Origin: Takakia lepidozioides | Lineage: Eukaryota > Plantae > Bryophyta | Assembly (NCBI GenBank): GCA_030704615.1 | Contig: CM060732.1 | Span: 13,950,001-14,014,000, forward strand | DNA length: 64,000 nucleotides | Direction: 5' to 3' | The notes under the pieces: generated by a model | Told to the model about the DNA's origin: nothing | Seen by the model: only the letters and a program-made list of their open reading frames with translations | The model's database searches: none | In this document: piece by piece, positions 1 through 13,007 of the stretch | Position numbering within the stretch: position 1 is the first letter of the stretch | Layout of the letters: each line of letters opens with the position of its first letter | Program-made: the position numbers and the translations under genes

Positions 1-3000
1 CGAGGCCCGTTGGATGAAGTCGTCTCGGGTGGAGAGGCCGACACCTGGCCGACTGAGATCATCCCCGGATGGAAATTCGCGCCAATTTTCCATCCGAGCC
101 GGCCGGATGAAGTCGTCTCGGGGGGAGAGGTCGACTTCTGGCCGACAAAGAACATCCCCCGGATGGAAAAACGGCAGCCGAATTCCATATGAGCCCTTGG
201 AAAGTCGTCTCGGGGGAGACCTGACACGTGGCGACAGAGAACATCCCTTGGATGGAAAAACGGCGCCGATTTCCATCCGCGGCCCTTTGATGAAGTCGTC
301 TCGGGGTGAGAGCCGACACCTGGCCGACAGCGAACATCCCCCGGATGGAAAACGACGCGGAATTCATCCGAGGCCCGTTGGATGAAGTCTCTCGGGGGGA
401 GAGGCCGAACCTGGCCGACTGAGATCATCCCCGGATGGAAAAACGACGCCCAATTTCCATCCGAGGCCCGTTGGATGAAGTTCGTCTCGGGGGAGACGCC
501 GACACCTCGCCGACAAGAACATCCCCCTGGATGGAAAACGGCGCCGAATTTCCATTTGAGGCCCGTTGGATGAAGTCGTCTTGGGGTGAGAGGCCGACAC
601 CTGGCCGACTGAGATCATCCCCCGGATGGGAATTCGGCACCGAATTTCCATCCGAGGCCCGTTGGATAAGTCGTCTCGGGGGAACGCCCACACATGCCCG
701 ACAGAGAATATCCCCGGATGGAAAAACGACGCCGAATTTGCATCGGAGGGCCCGTTGGATGAAGTCGTCTCAGGGGGAGACCCGACACCTGGCCGACAAG
801 AACATCCCCCGGATGGAAAACGGCGGCGAATTCCATCCCGAGGCCCGTGGATGAAGTCGTCTCGGGGTGAGAGGCCCGACACCTGGCCGACTGAGATCAT
901 CCCCCGATGGAATTCATTGTCGAATTTCCATCGCGAGGCCCGTTGGATGAAGTCGTCTCGGGGGAGACGCCGACACATGGCCGACAGAGAACATCCCCCG
1001 GATGGAAAAAACGGCGCCGAATTTTCCATCCGAGCCCGTTGGATGAAGTCCGTCTCGGGGGGCCGACACCTGGCCGACGACATCCCCGATGGAAATTCGG
1101 CGCCGAATTTCCATCCGAGATGAAGTCGTCTCGGGGGGAGACGCCGACACATGGCCGACAGAGAACGGAATGAGAAAGATTTGGAAAAACGGCGCGAATT
1201 TCCGTATGAGGCCCCTTGGATGAAGTCGTCTCGGGGGGAGACGCTGACACGTGGCCGACAGAGAACATCCCCTGGATGGAAAAACGGTGCCGAATTTCCA
1301 TCCGCGCCCGTTGGATGAAGTCGTCTCGGGGTGAGAGGCCGACACCTGGCCGACAGAGAACATCCCCCGGATGGAAAACGACGCGGAATTCCCATCCGAG
1401 GCCCGTTGGATGAAGTCGTCTCGGGGGGAGAGGCCGACACCTGGCCGACTGAGATCATCCCCGGATGGAAAAACGATGCCCAATTTCCATCCGAGGCCCG
1501 TTGGATGAAGTCGTCTCGGGGGGAGACGCCGGCACCTCCGACAAAGAACATCCCCTGGATGGGAAAACGGCGCCGAATTTCCATTTGAGGCCCGTTGGAT
1601 GAAGTCGTCTGGGGTGAGAGGCCGACACCTGGCCCTGAGATCATCCCCCGGATGGAAAATTCGGCACCGAATTTCCATCCGAGGCCCGTTGGATGAAGTC
1701 GTCTCGGGGGGAGACGCCCACACATGGCCGACAGAGAACATCCCCCGGATGGAAAAAGGCGCCGAATTTCCATCCGAGGCCCGTTTGGATGAAGTCGTCT
1801 CGGGGGGAGAGGCCGACACCTGGCCGACTGAGAACATCGCCCGGATGGAAATTCGGCGCCGAATTTCCATCCGAGGCCCGTTGGATGAAGTCGTCTCGGG
1901 GGAGACGCCGACGCATGGCCGACAGAGAATATCCCCCGGATGGAAAAACGACGCCGAATTTGCATCGGAGGCCCGTTGGATGAAGTCGTCTCAGGGGGAG
2001 ACCGACACCTGGCCGACAGAGAACATCCCCCGGATGGAAAACGGCGGCGAATTTCCATCCGAGGCCCGTTGGATGAAGTCGTCTCGGGGTGAGAGGCCGA
2101 CACCTGGCCGACTGAGATCATCCCCCGGATGGAAATTCAGTGTCGAATTTGCATCGGAGGCCCGTTGGATGAAGTCGTCTCGAGGGGAGACACCGACACA
2201 TGGCCGACAGAGAACATCCCCGGATGGAAAAACGGCGCCGAATTTCCATCCGACGTCCCGTTGGATGAAGTCGTCTCGGGGTCAAGGCCGACACCTGGCC
2301 CGACTGAGATCATCCCCCCGGATGGAAATTCGGCGCCGAATTTCCCCATCCGAGGCCTGTTGGATGAAGTCGTCTCGGGGGAGACGCCGACACATGGCCG
2401 ACAGAGAACATCCCCCGGATGGAAAAACGGCGCCGAATTTCCATATGAGGCCCGTTGGATGAAGTCGTCTCGGGGGGAGACGCCCACACATGGCCGACAG
2501 AGAACATCCCCGGATGGAAAACGGCGCCGAATTTCAATGAGGCCCCTTGGATGAAGTCGTCTCGGGGGAGACGCTGACACGTGGCCGACAGAGAACATCC
2601 CCTGGATGGAAAAACGCGCCGAATTTCCATCCGCGGGCCCGTGGATGAAGTCGTCTCGGGGGAGAGGCCGACACCTGACAGAGTCCCCCGGATGGAAAAA
2701 CGGCGGAATTCCATCCGAGGCCCGTTGGATGAAGTCGTCTCGGGGGAGAGGCCGACACCTGGCCGACTGAGATCATCCCCCGGATGGAAAACGACGCCCA
2801 ATTTCCATCCGAGGCCCGTTGGATGAAGTCGTCTCGGGGGGAGACGCCGGCACCTAGCCGACAAAGAACATCCCCTGGATGGGAAAAACGGCGCCGAATT
2901 TCCATTTGAGGCCCGTTGGATGAAGTCCGTCTTGGGGTGAGAGGCCGACACCTGGCCGACTGAGATCATCCCCCGGATGGAAATTCGGCCCGAATTTCCA

Positions 3001-3890
3001 TCCGAGGCCCGTTGGATGAAGTCGTCTCGGGGGGAGACGCCCACACATGGCCGACAGAGAACATCCCCCGGATGGAAAAACGGCGCCGAATTTCCATCCG
3101 AGGCCCGTTGGATGAAGTCGTCTCGGGGGAGAGGCCGACACCTGGCCGACTGAGAAACATCCCCGGATGGAAATTCGGCGCCGAATTTTCCATCCGAGGC
3201 CCGTTGGATGAAGTCGTCTCGGGGGGAGACGCCGACGCATGGCCGACAGAGAATATCCCCCGGATGGAAAAACGACGCCGAATTTGCATCGGAGGCCCGT
3301 TGGATGAAGTCGTCTTAGGGGGAGACGCCGACACCTGGCCGACAGAGAACATCCCCCGGATGGAAAAACGGCGGCGAATTTTCCATCCGAGGCCCGTTGG
3401 ATGAAGTCGTCTCGGGGTGAGAGGCCGACACCTGGCCGACTGAGATCATCCCCCGGATGGAAATTCAGTGTCGAATTTCCATCCGAGGCCCGTTGGATGA
3501 AGTCGGCTCGGGGGGAGACGCCGACACATGGCCGACAGAGACATCCCCCGGATGGAAAAACGGCGCCGAATTTCCATCCGACGCCCGTTGGATGAAGTCG
3601 TCTTGGGGGGGGACGCCGACACCTGGCCGACAGAGAACATCCCCCGGATGGAAAAACGGCGCCGAATTTCCATCCGAGGCCCGTTGGATGAAGTCGTCTC
3701 GGGTGGAGAGGCCGACACCTGGCCGACTGAGATCATCCCCCGGATGGAAATTCGGCGCCAATTTTCCATCCGAGCCGGCCGGATGAAGTCGTCTCGGGGG
3801 AGAGGTCCGACTTCTGGCCGACAGAACATCCCCGGATGGAAAAACGGCGCCGAATTTCCATATGAGGCCCCTTGGATGAAGTCGTCTCGG
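1..3890. repeat. Tandem satellite, ~95-bp monomer (~40 copies), each with a 30-32 bp palindrome
   Basis: Unit GAGGCCCGTTGGATGAAGTCGTCTCGGGGGGAGACGCCGACACATGGCCGACAGAGAACATCCCCCGGATGGAAAAACGGCGCCGAATTTCCATCC recurs every ~95 bp; perfect palindrome CGGATGGAAATTCGGCGCCGAATTTCCATCCG at e.g. 1842-1873. The array probably continues left of the window. Confidence 0.97.
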
Positions 3891-4029
3891 CACTTCTTCA
3901 ACAATTTTTAGTTGTTGCATCAAGTTTTTCGCGTTTTTTGACTGGTTATACACTAAACTTGGAGTTTTTTTTGCCTACAGGCCACATTTGGCACGTTATT
4001 CCTACCATTCTGGTCCACTAAAGACAAAT

Positions 4030-4375
4030 TCGTTGCCGGTTTTCCATCGATGAGGTGGACCGAATTACTTGCAGGATGGAAATTCGGCGCCGGTCTCCCA
4101 TCCGGCGTCTCTCCGTGTTACCTGTGGGATGGAAATTCGGCGCCGGATTTCCATCCGGCCGCGCTCCGAATTTCGGTCCGGCCGCGCTCCGAATTACCTG
4201 CAGGATGGAAATTCGGCGCCGGATTTCCATCCCGGAATTACCTGCAAGATGGAAATTCGGCTCTGGATTTCCATCCGGCGTCTCCTGGATGAGAATGGCT
4301 CGGGCGGAGGGATGGCCTCGTTGCGTCATACTTCATCCGCTGGATGGAAATTCGGCGTCAATTTTTTCCATCCAG
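4030..4375. repeat. Cluster of short-spaced copies of the same palindrome (GGATGGAAATTCGGCGCCGGATTTCCATCC)
   Basis: About 5-6 copies separated by short GAATTACCTGCA-type linkers. Confidence 0.85.
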
Positions 4376-5839
4376 CGGGCGATTGATGAAGTCTCGGGGG
4401 GAGGGTGGGCGCCTGTGACCGACCTCCATACCTACGACATTTAATGGCGCAGTTGGGCATTAAATATCCTCCGCCGTCGGTTTTGAACCGGGCTGGCGAC
4501 ACAGGGATTCCGCGCTTGCTTCCTGGATACGCCTTGGAAACCTGATGCTAAACAAGGATGAACTTCTATTCGAGGCATGTACGCACACATACTGCGAGAT
4601 CTTTTTTCTTTTGCTGGGACTTATGCTGCGTGGAGAAGGGCGTGGATCTCCTGAGAGAAACCTTGTACTACGGGCGACGTCCAACCTCTCGCGTGGCCAA
4701 ACTTAAGCTCCAGCAGGAAATTCCATTGTCTTGCTCACAGCCCGCGCCAACTGAAGCCGAGCACTCTCAGGTTCCGCCCCTTCCTCTTTCGGTTTTCTTC
4801 GTTTTTTTGGTTTGTTTTCGCATCTTCCGCCTGGCAGCCCTGGAAGCGCATGGTTGCATCACAAAAGCACGAGTTCTTGAGAAGAATGATCAAGGTCAGA
4901 GTGGTTAGAAAGGAGCCAGGTCGTTGCTGCATTCAGATTTGCAACAGGGTGCACACCTCGCTATAGATAACAGGTTGCATCTCGGAATTAAGGAAATCCA
5001 TGCTGAGTTGAGAAGATTGTCTGAGCAGATGAAGTGCCTTCAAAACATTTCACCCTGTTTTCCCATCTTATGGAATTCGTGTTCATTTGTTCACGTGTTT
5101 CATGTTGATGTCTGCAAGTTACTGGTTTAGTGAACCTTAGATAGTTTGCAATGCGTGTGCAGTTTTTCATTGTTGTTCCATGCCACTCCATACTTGCTTT
5201 TGTTTTGTTTTCATTGTTGTTCCACAATTGTTGCGATGGTGGTTGCGCTGCTCGTTGCGATGGTGGTTTTCATTCCAATGTTGGTTCTCACGATTTTTGG
5301 GGATGACAGAGTGACAACGAGCCCGACACGCTGGTGGTATCATCGACAGCTCCAACTGCTCGAGCAGCGACTCCAAAAGCCGCTACTCATCGCATGTTTG
5401 GATCGCCCAACTTGGGGCGGGAGGGCAAACTAAAACCTTTTGTTGGTGGACGGGAGGACTTGCAGCGAGAGTACGACAGAATAGGCATTAGGGAGGTTGG
5501 TGCAGGCGGGAAGGCAGGTGAAGGGCATCGGATGAGGACAGCAGATCCGGCAATGGAGGATGTTGATGCACATGCAGTAGGGCCCGCCCACGCAAAGAAG
5601 AAGAAGAAAGCCAAGCACATGCAATCCCCGACGAGAGAGCCGTCACGGGCTGCGGAGGGGGGAGTGAGCAGGGCGCGCGAGGGTGTCAGTTCGCCTCAAT
5701 CAAAGGTGGTCGTCCTGGAGGCCTCCCCTGCTGCTACCCCTAGTAAGAAACAGAAGGCCCGTGAGAGGTCTAAAGAGAGGGCAAAAGAACAGGCGAGACA
5801 GAAGGCTAGCCAGGAGGCAAGCGAAAAGCCCATTGAAGA

Positions 5840-6562
5840 TGTCGCGCACCTCACTTCGGTAAGCTCCCCTTCAAGTCATAGTTACTCGCTTTGATGCGCG
5901 CGCCTGACTCCCAACCTGGCCGCCCGGGCCAACTTGGAGCTTCGGCTGCTCACCGGGACATAACGGTCCCCTTCGCTTCCCTCTAAACCCTCCACCTATT
6001 TGGGACTAGGAGAATTCCCTTTGGTAGATGGCAGTCCGGAACAGCTCCCCACTCTTTGGTCGCTTTCCGGCTCGACTCGCTTACTCGTTTTTGGTCACCA
6101 ACGGGCTTGCACCGTCTCGGGGGTACTACTCCCTATATATTACTTCTGTAGCTGTCCGCGGGGGTTCCACAACCAGCCATGCCATTTTATGGCGAACCAC
6201 CACGAAAACCCTCGACTCCCGGTGATGAGTCGCGGTGAGTCTTGGCCCGCTCACCACGGCCCCTATGGACCGTGATGAGTCCCAAGACTCCCCACGACTC
6301 CCCACCACGAGGTCTCCGCCCCATGGTGATTCCTATGCCACCCCCACTAAGTCCCGCTAAGCTACCACCACCCCTTGTGGAGGCCACCCCCACCGCAACC
6401 CGGTGTGCGGGGCTCCACCTAGTGAGCGCCTCTGCCTCCTTGAGTCCTTGGGCACTCAGGGTGCTTCAGCCCCCCCATACCTATCGCTGCCGCTGCCCCC
6501 CCACCACAGGGGCAGCCCCTCATGTGTCCCGACCCCCTGCCTTCAAGGCAAAGGCCGCGACA
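5840..6562 (-). repeat. 3' LTR of gypsy copy 1
   Basis: TGTCGCG...CGCGACA termini; purine-rich tract GGTAGGGGTGTG just upstream on the minus strand (6563-6574). Confidence 0.95.
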
Positions 6563-7314
6563 CACACCCCTACCAACAGGGAGTCGATGTCCTCATCGAC
6601 TTGTCCATTTTGTAGAAACGAACATCCAAGTTGTGGCGTCCACATCAAGGAGTTTGTTTCTATACCATGGCGTCCCATGGCAAAGAACCAAACCCACACT
6701 TGACTCTAGTCTCCACTAGCTAGTTCGGCCGACTTCCTCCAAGTCCCGGCCAAGGGTGGAGCCTCTCCAGCTCCTCCCAGTGCACTCTTCTTGGCCTACT
6801 ACAAGGCCAAGGAACGATCCTCCCCGAGGATCGAATCGCCTTACTGCAACAACATTGCTTGCGAGCTCATGATGCCGCTTTTGGCATCACCTTGAGCAAG
6901 GGTTCACCTGGAACCCTCTTTGACTAGGAAGATAACCTTCAACCCACCGTGCCGCCCAATCACTACAATTGGGTCCGCCTTGGAATGCTGGCCTGAGGTA
7001 CGGGAACACGCCGAACCCGCACTACGACTTCTCCCGAGGCTACACGATTATAGTACGTGAACGGAAGCACGTAGCTTCCGCGTTAGCCCGCACTACAAGG
7101 CAACCCCCTCGGTAGCGCAGTTATAGTACGCGCACGCGCCAGGTGCGCACTAGCACGTGAACTCCCAAAGAAGGCGCAAGTTTCCTTGCCCCTTGGATGG
7201 GAGTCACCCTTTTCGGCACTGCGCAAACACACGATTAACCCAATTTACCTCTCCCACTTTTGTATAACAAATTTTTGTACAATACAAGTTTTTGCAATCG
7301 GATTCCTGAGCAAG

Positions 7315-10300
7315 CTAAACCGGGCTAAGCATGCATTTCCCTCCCCCATGCTCCAAGGTTGATGTCCCCATCAACGCTTCTTCCGCTTTTGAGGTCGCCC
7401 TTCGAAAGCTTGCAACCGCCTCGGATGCGTTTCCCATTTCTGAGGCACGCACCCAAGATGCCTCCACATGATGATAGCCCTTCCATTTGACGAGATACTC
7501 CGTTTCTCGGTTCCTGAACCTCCTCGACTTAAGTATTGCCTCCACCTCGTACTCAGGTTCATTTTCATGATCCAACAGCATAGGTGGCGGACGCAACACT
7601 TGATGCCGATTCGGACGCGCTTCATCTTGAAGTAAGGTTTCAAAAGGAATCCTGGCTATTTGCCGGCAGCTCCAATTCATACACATCCTCATTCATAACC
7701 TTCCGAATGCGAAAGGGTCCCGCATACGGAGGTACGAACTTCGGACTCACTTCCGGAGGTAGTCGGAAATTCTTGATGTTCAACCAGACCTCTGTGCCTG
7801 CCTCAAACTTCACTTCCCTCCGCTTCCGATTCGCCTGCCTTTCATACCGTTTCCTAGCTTTGGCAATGTTGTACTTTGCGAGCTTCAACAAACGCTCGCG
7901 TTCTTCCAGTACTGCCGCTACTGCCGGTTCCTCAACGTCCTGGGCGGCCCAACTTGTCGCACCAGAGGTGCTTTTCCATAGACCAATACGAAAGGGGAAA
8001 CTCCCGTTGCGGAGTGTTCTGTGTTATTATAACAGAACTCTGCCGCGTCTAAGTGTTCCATCCAGTCTGATTGGTCTGCCGACACGTAATTTCCGCAAGA
8101 ATTGCTTCACTACGGAATTCACTCTTTCCGTTTTGGCCGTCCGTCGTAGGTCGGAAGGCGGTGCTCTCTTCAGCCTCGTCCCCATCTTTTTCCAAAGTGC
8201 TCTCCAGAATTTACTCGTAAACTTTGGATCGCGGTCCGAGACAATATCCTTCGGGACTCCATGATGCTTTAAGACGTGGGCGAAGTAAAGTCGCCCTGTC
8301 TCCTGCGCCGTTGCCGTCTCCTTTGGTGGGGATGAAATGGCCCATTTTACTGAACCTATCTACCACCACCATGATTGCATCGAATCCTTTTGACAGCGGC
8401 ATAGCAGTCATGAAATCCATCGAGACGCTTTCCCAAGTCCCCTCTGGAATCGGCAAGGGTTGTAACAGCCCCGCTTGCTTTTTGTACTCGCTCCGGTTTT
8501 GTTGGCATGTGGTGCATGTCTTGACATACTCCTCTGCCTCCTCCCTCAGTTTGGGCCAGAAATACTCTTTCTTCAAGAGTGCCGCAGTGCGCTTGGCTCC
8601 GCCGTGGCCCGCAAGCGGGCTATCATGGCATTCTCTCAAGAGGCTATCTCTGATCCCTCCCTTCGGCACGTAGAGACGCTTTTGCTTATACCGGAGCAGT
8701 CCATTTTGCAAGTGGAACTGCGATTTAACCCCCATCCTCAAGTCCTGCATCACGGACTTCGCCAGCTCATCCTTCCGGCAAGCCTTCCGGATCTTCCTTT
8801 GGAGTGCCGTCTCGCCCTTGTACACCAACAAGAGCTGCTGCTTTCTACTTAAAGCATCGGCCACCACATTGTCCCGTCCCGGTTTGTACTGGATATCCAC
8901 GTCGAACACTGCCAAAGTATCTTGCCACCTAAGTTGTTTTGGGGACAACTTGGGCTGCGTGGCAAAATACTTCACCGTGACATTGTCCGTGAACACCTTC
9001 ACTGGGTTGGAACCAACATAGTGGCGCCAGAGCTCAAGGCAATGCACCACCGCCTTCATCTCTTTTTCGTGCGTCGGCCACCGTCGCTCCACTTCATTCA
9101 GTTTCTTACTTTCGTAAGCCACTGGACGTCCATCTTGCATAAGTACACCCCCAATCGCGAAGTCCGATGATCTGTATGAAAAACGGACGATCGAACTCCG
9201 GGATTTTCAAGACTGGAGCTTCCGCATCCGCTGCTTCAATTCAGCAAAAGCTTGGCCACAAAATGTGTTCCATACCCAGACTTTGGATTTACACAGAAGG
9301 TCCGACAGCGGCCCCGCGATCTTGGCGAAATTTCTCACATACTTCCGGTAATAGGAGGCGAGTCCTAGGAAGGATCGCACTCCCGGGACCGAAGTCGGAG
9401 GCTCCCAGTCCAAGATCGCCCTCACCTTTCTGTCATCCATTTTGATCCCATCCTGTGTAATCACATGCCCCAGGAACTCCACTTTTGTGACCCCGAATTC
9501 GCACTTTGAAGCTTTGGCATACAGCTTCCCTTCCCGCAATTTTTGGAACACCCTTTTGAGGTGCTCCAGGTGCTCCTCCTTTGTTTTCGAGTACACCAAG
9601 ATGTCGTCGATGTACACGATCACAAAGTCATCCAACCACTCCTGGAAAAGGCTGTTCATCAGCGTGCTAAATGTCGCTGGTGCATTGGTGAGCCCAAAAG
9701 GCATCACCAAGAACTCATATGAACCATACCTTGTCCTGCACGCGGTCTTCTCCTCATCTCCTTCCGCCACCCGAATTTGGATAGCCGGAGCGCAAGTCGA
9801 TCCGGCTGAAATACTTTCGCTGCCAACCGATCGAAGAGGTCGTCGATCCTTGGCAAAGGGTACCGGTTTTTGATAGTCACCTTTTCAGAGCCCTGTAATC
9901 GACACACATCACCGCAGCGTCCCATCCTTCTTGTCTGCAAATAGCACCGGGGCTCCGTTAAGGTGACTTACTCGCCGGATGTACCCCTTTGACATTTAGA
10001 TCCTTGAGTTGAGTCTTCAGCTCGACCAACTCTCTGTGGCTCAACCGGGGGCGCCTTGGCAGGCGGTTCCGATCTTGGTATCACCTCAATTTTGTGGTCA
10101 ACTCCTCTCGCGGTGGCAAGCCGCTTGGTAAAATCCTCCGGCATCACATCCTGGTATTTCTCCAAAATCCCCTTGATCCAATCTGGGCTCGGCTCCCCAT
10201 CGCCTTCTCGTTTCACTTCTCTAATTTAAGCAAAAACTGGGGCTTCGGTGCCCCCTCCACAGCCCCACTCCTTTGCTGACAGGCATTTATTCGCCCTCCC

Positions 10301-11911
10301 CACGGATTTGGGCGTTTCTGACACTCGTAAACCTCGCCACCATTCCCACATGGCAGCGTGACTACTCTCTTGCGGGCCATCTATGACCGCTCCGGATTTG
10401 CTCAAAAAGGTCATCCCCAAAATGAGATCCACCCATCGATCTCAGCAGATGGTGAAGTTCTCACGTCCCTCCCAACTCCCCAGTTGAAGGGGAACATCAA
10501 TCGCCAACCTTGTCCGCCAACTGTGGTTTCTCCTTTGGCAGAACGCACCTCAATAGAGGCCCCCACGTCACTTGTCGGGAGTCCCAGCTTTTGTGCCGTT
10601 GCCCGGTGTCATGAAGGAGTGCGACGCTCCTGTGTCCACCAACAACGACACATTAGTTCCGGATATTATCCCGTCCACGAACAATAACTGACTCCCTTTT
10701 CATAAGGCGCCAGTTTCCTGATACAACTCACAAAAAAAATTTGCCTACCTTGCAAGTCCTGGCGACCACCGCTTCCACCAAGCGACTGATGGTATTTTCC
10801 GACAGCTCCGTGGTCGCCCGAGTCATGTTCAATTGCCGGGGCTTCGTGCACTTCTTGGGCCATGTGCCCGGGCTCCCCGCAATTGAAACACACTCCATCA
10901 AAGGTCGCCTTCTGTCCGCCATAAGCCGCTCCCCCGCTTTTCCTTTCGAAGCACCGGGTGCCGCCTTGACGTGTGAAGGCCCTCCCTTCGATTTCCACGT
11001 GCCATTTTTTGCCGCGTGGCCTATCCCACTTCTTTTCCGGTCGGAAGGAGTCACCTTCCCGCCGAATCTTCTTGTGGTCCAGCTCCGTACGGCCTTGTCT
11101 TCACCCCTAGGGACATCCGAGAAACATTCAGCCCTCTCAATAGCCTCGTTCAAAGTCTTGGGTGGCTTCTCCTCCAACTTCCGCCCTGGCATGGGGCCAG
11201 TCCCGCCACAAAGTTGAAGACCATTTTCTGGTTCTGCCATGTCCGCGACTTCGAGCAACAGCACATTGAAAGCTTGGACATACCCCCGAATGTCATCTGT
11301 TTGCTTCAAATTCCTCATCTTGTCCCGGGCAAGCCAGGACGCGTTGAGGGGCACAAACTGTATCTTCATCAATTCCTTGAACCCACTCCAGTTCAAGGTT
11401 TTCCGGTCTTGGACCCGGTCGTGTGAAGGCGTTTCTGCCACCATTGTTGAGCATAGCCCCTCAAATAGGTGGGAGCCACTTCCACCCGATCCTCGTCACT
11501 CAACTTGGCCGCCCGGAAATACTGCTCGAGCTCCAAGAGCCAGGTGTTGAGTGCCTTCCGATTTTCGACGCCCTCGAAGGTGCCGGGTTCCTTAGGCTTC
11601 ACCTTAAACTTTGCCTTAGTGGAAGTGGCATTAGCCGCCTTCAACACGTCTCTCAACGTCCCGCCAAACTGCGCCAACAACCCTTCCCAAAAGGCTGCCG
11701 GCATGGGAGGCATCTCTTGGTTTGTCGGAGTTCTCAAGGATTCCTCGGGCTCCGACTCCTCGGATTCCTCCCGCTCTTGAGCAGCCTCGTTTTCGGAAAC
11801 ATGCATCGCTTCCTCAAACGGCCGCCTCGGTGACACGTCGCCCCCATCGGGCTCACCGGGATCATCATCTTTTGGGCCGTTCCGCTTTCGCTTCGGCTTG
11901 CCCGACCCCAT
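7315..11911 (-). pseudogene. gag-pol polyprotein (gag, CCHC knuckle, aspartic protease, RT, RNase H, integrase, chromodomain), frameshifted
   Basis: CFNCGEPGH knuckle; YIDDILVY; HEKEMKAVVHCL; HDSPLAGH..CTTCQ; SMDFMT..VVVDRFSK; YAGPFRI; YEVEAIL..YLVKWKGY..SW chromodomain. Confidence 0.95.
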
Positions 11912-11954
11912 GATGAGGCCAATCCCAAGGACGATCGCGCGTACTGAACTCTAA

Positions 11955-11966
11955 GCTCTGATACCA
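11955..11966 (-). promoter_or_regulatory. Primer-binding site for tRNA-iMet
   Basis: TGGTATCAGAGC two bases after the LTR end; the same site is at 28035-28046 (+), 31364-31375 (-) and 38682-38693 (-). Confidence 0.93.
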
Positions 11967-11968
11967 AG

Positions 11969-12758
11969 TGTCGCGAACCTCACTTCGGTAAGCTCCCCTT
12001 CAAGTCATAGTTACTCGCTTTGATGCGCGCGTGTCGCGCACCTCAATTCGGTAAGCTCCCCTTCAAGTCATAGTTACTCGCTTTGATGCGTGCGCCTGAC
12101 TCCCAACCTGGCTGCCCGGGCCAACTTGGAGCTTCGGCTGCTCACCGGGACATAACGGTCCCCCTTCGCTTCCCTCTAAACCCTCCACCTATTTGGGACT
12201 AGGAGAATTCCCTTTGGTAGATGGCAGTCCGGAACAGCTCCCCACTCTTTGGTCGCTTTCCGGCTCGCTCGCTTACTCACTAGTTTTTGGTCACCAACGG
12301 GCTTGCACCGTTCTCGGGGTTACTACTCCCTATATATACTTTTGTAGCTGTCCGCGGGGGTTCCACAACCAGCCATGCCATTTTATGGCGAACCACCACG
12401 AAAACCCTCGACTCCCGGTGATGAGTCGCGGTGAGTCTTGGCCCGCTCACCACGGCCCCTATGGACCGTGATGAGTCCCAAGACTCCCCACGACTCCCAC
12501 CACGAGGTCTCCGCCCCCATGGTGAGTCCTATGCCACCCCCACTAAGTCCCGCTAAGCTACCACCACCCCTTGTGGAGCCACCCCCACCGCAACCCGGTG
12601 TGCGGGGCTCCACCTAGTGAGCGCCTCTGCCTCCTTGAGTGCCTTGGCACTCAAGGGTGCTTCAGCCCCCCATACCTATCGCTGCCGCTGCCCCCCCACC
12701 ACAGGGGCAGCCCCTCATGTGTCCCGACCCCCTGCCCTCAAGGCAAAGGGCCGCGACA
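11969..12758 (-). repeat. 5' LTR of gypsy copy 1 with a duplicated 63-bp end
   Basis: The LTR terminus TGTCGCG occurs at both 11969 and 12032; TATATA near 12331. Confidence 0.92.
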
Positions 12759-13007
12759 GAAGAGGCCAGGGGTGTCGTAATGACAGATGCCCATGTAAGC
12801 AAGGGACGCACAGAGACGGTGGATCCCTCCAAGACACCACAAACAGGCAGTAACACACCGGTTACACCATCGCGGGCAGGAGCAGCCCCCGCAATTACCC
12901 ATACGGTGGAGACTGGAGGAGGTGAAAGAACACCACAAAGAGCACGGATTGTGCAAGTTCGAGGTGAAGCCCGGGGATGGCAGTAGAGACGGAGAGAGTG
13001 CTCCAGG

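Larger units (their letters stand above)
5840..12758 (-). mobile_element. Full-length Ty3/gypsy chromovirus (Galadriel-like), copy 1
   Basis: LTRs TG...CA at 5840-6562 and 11969/12032-12758; 5-bp TSD GAAGA (5835-5839, 12759-12763); tRNA-iMet PBS; PPT; gag-PR-RT-RH-IN-chromo order. Confidence 0.97.

Noticed and set aside
1-3890. CRISPR-like array (palindromic repeat at regular spacing)
   Set aside because: The intervening sequences are near-identical rather than unique spacers, no cas genes are present, and the context is eukaryotic.
10-3953. Long ORFs (up to 585 aa) over the satellite, also at 44600-45490 and 47700-48500
   Set aside because: They are translations of stop-poor GC-rich tandem repeats in many frames, with no domain signal.
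6000-6719. ORFs within LTRs and antisense to gag-pol
   Set aside because: They are shadows of LTR or pol sequence, and their frames are not conserved among LTR copies.
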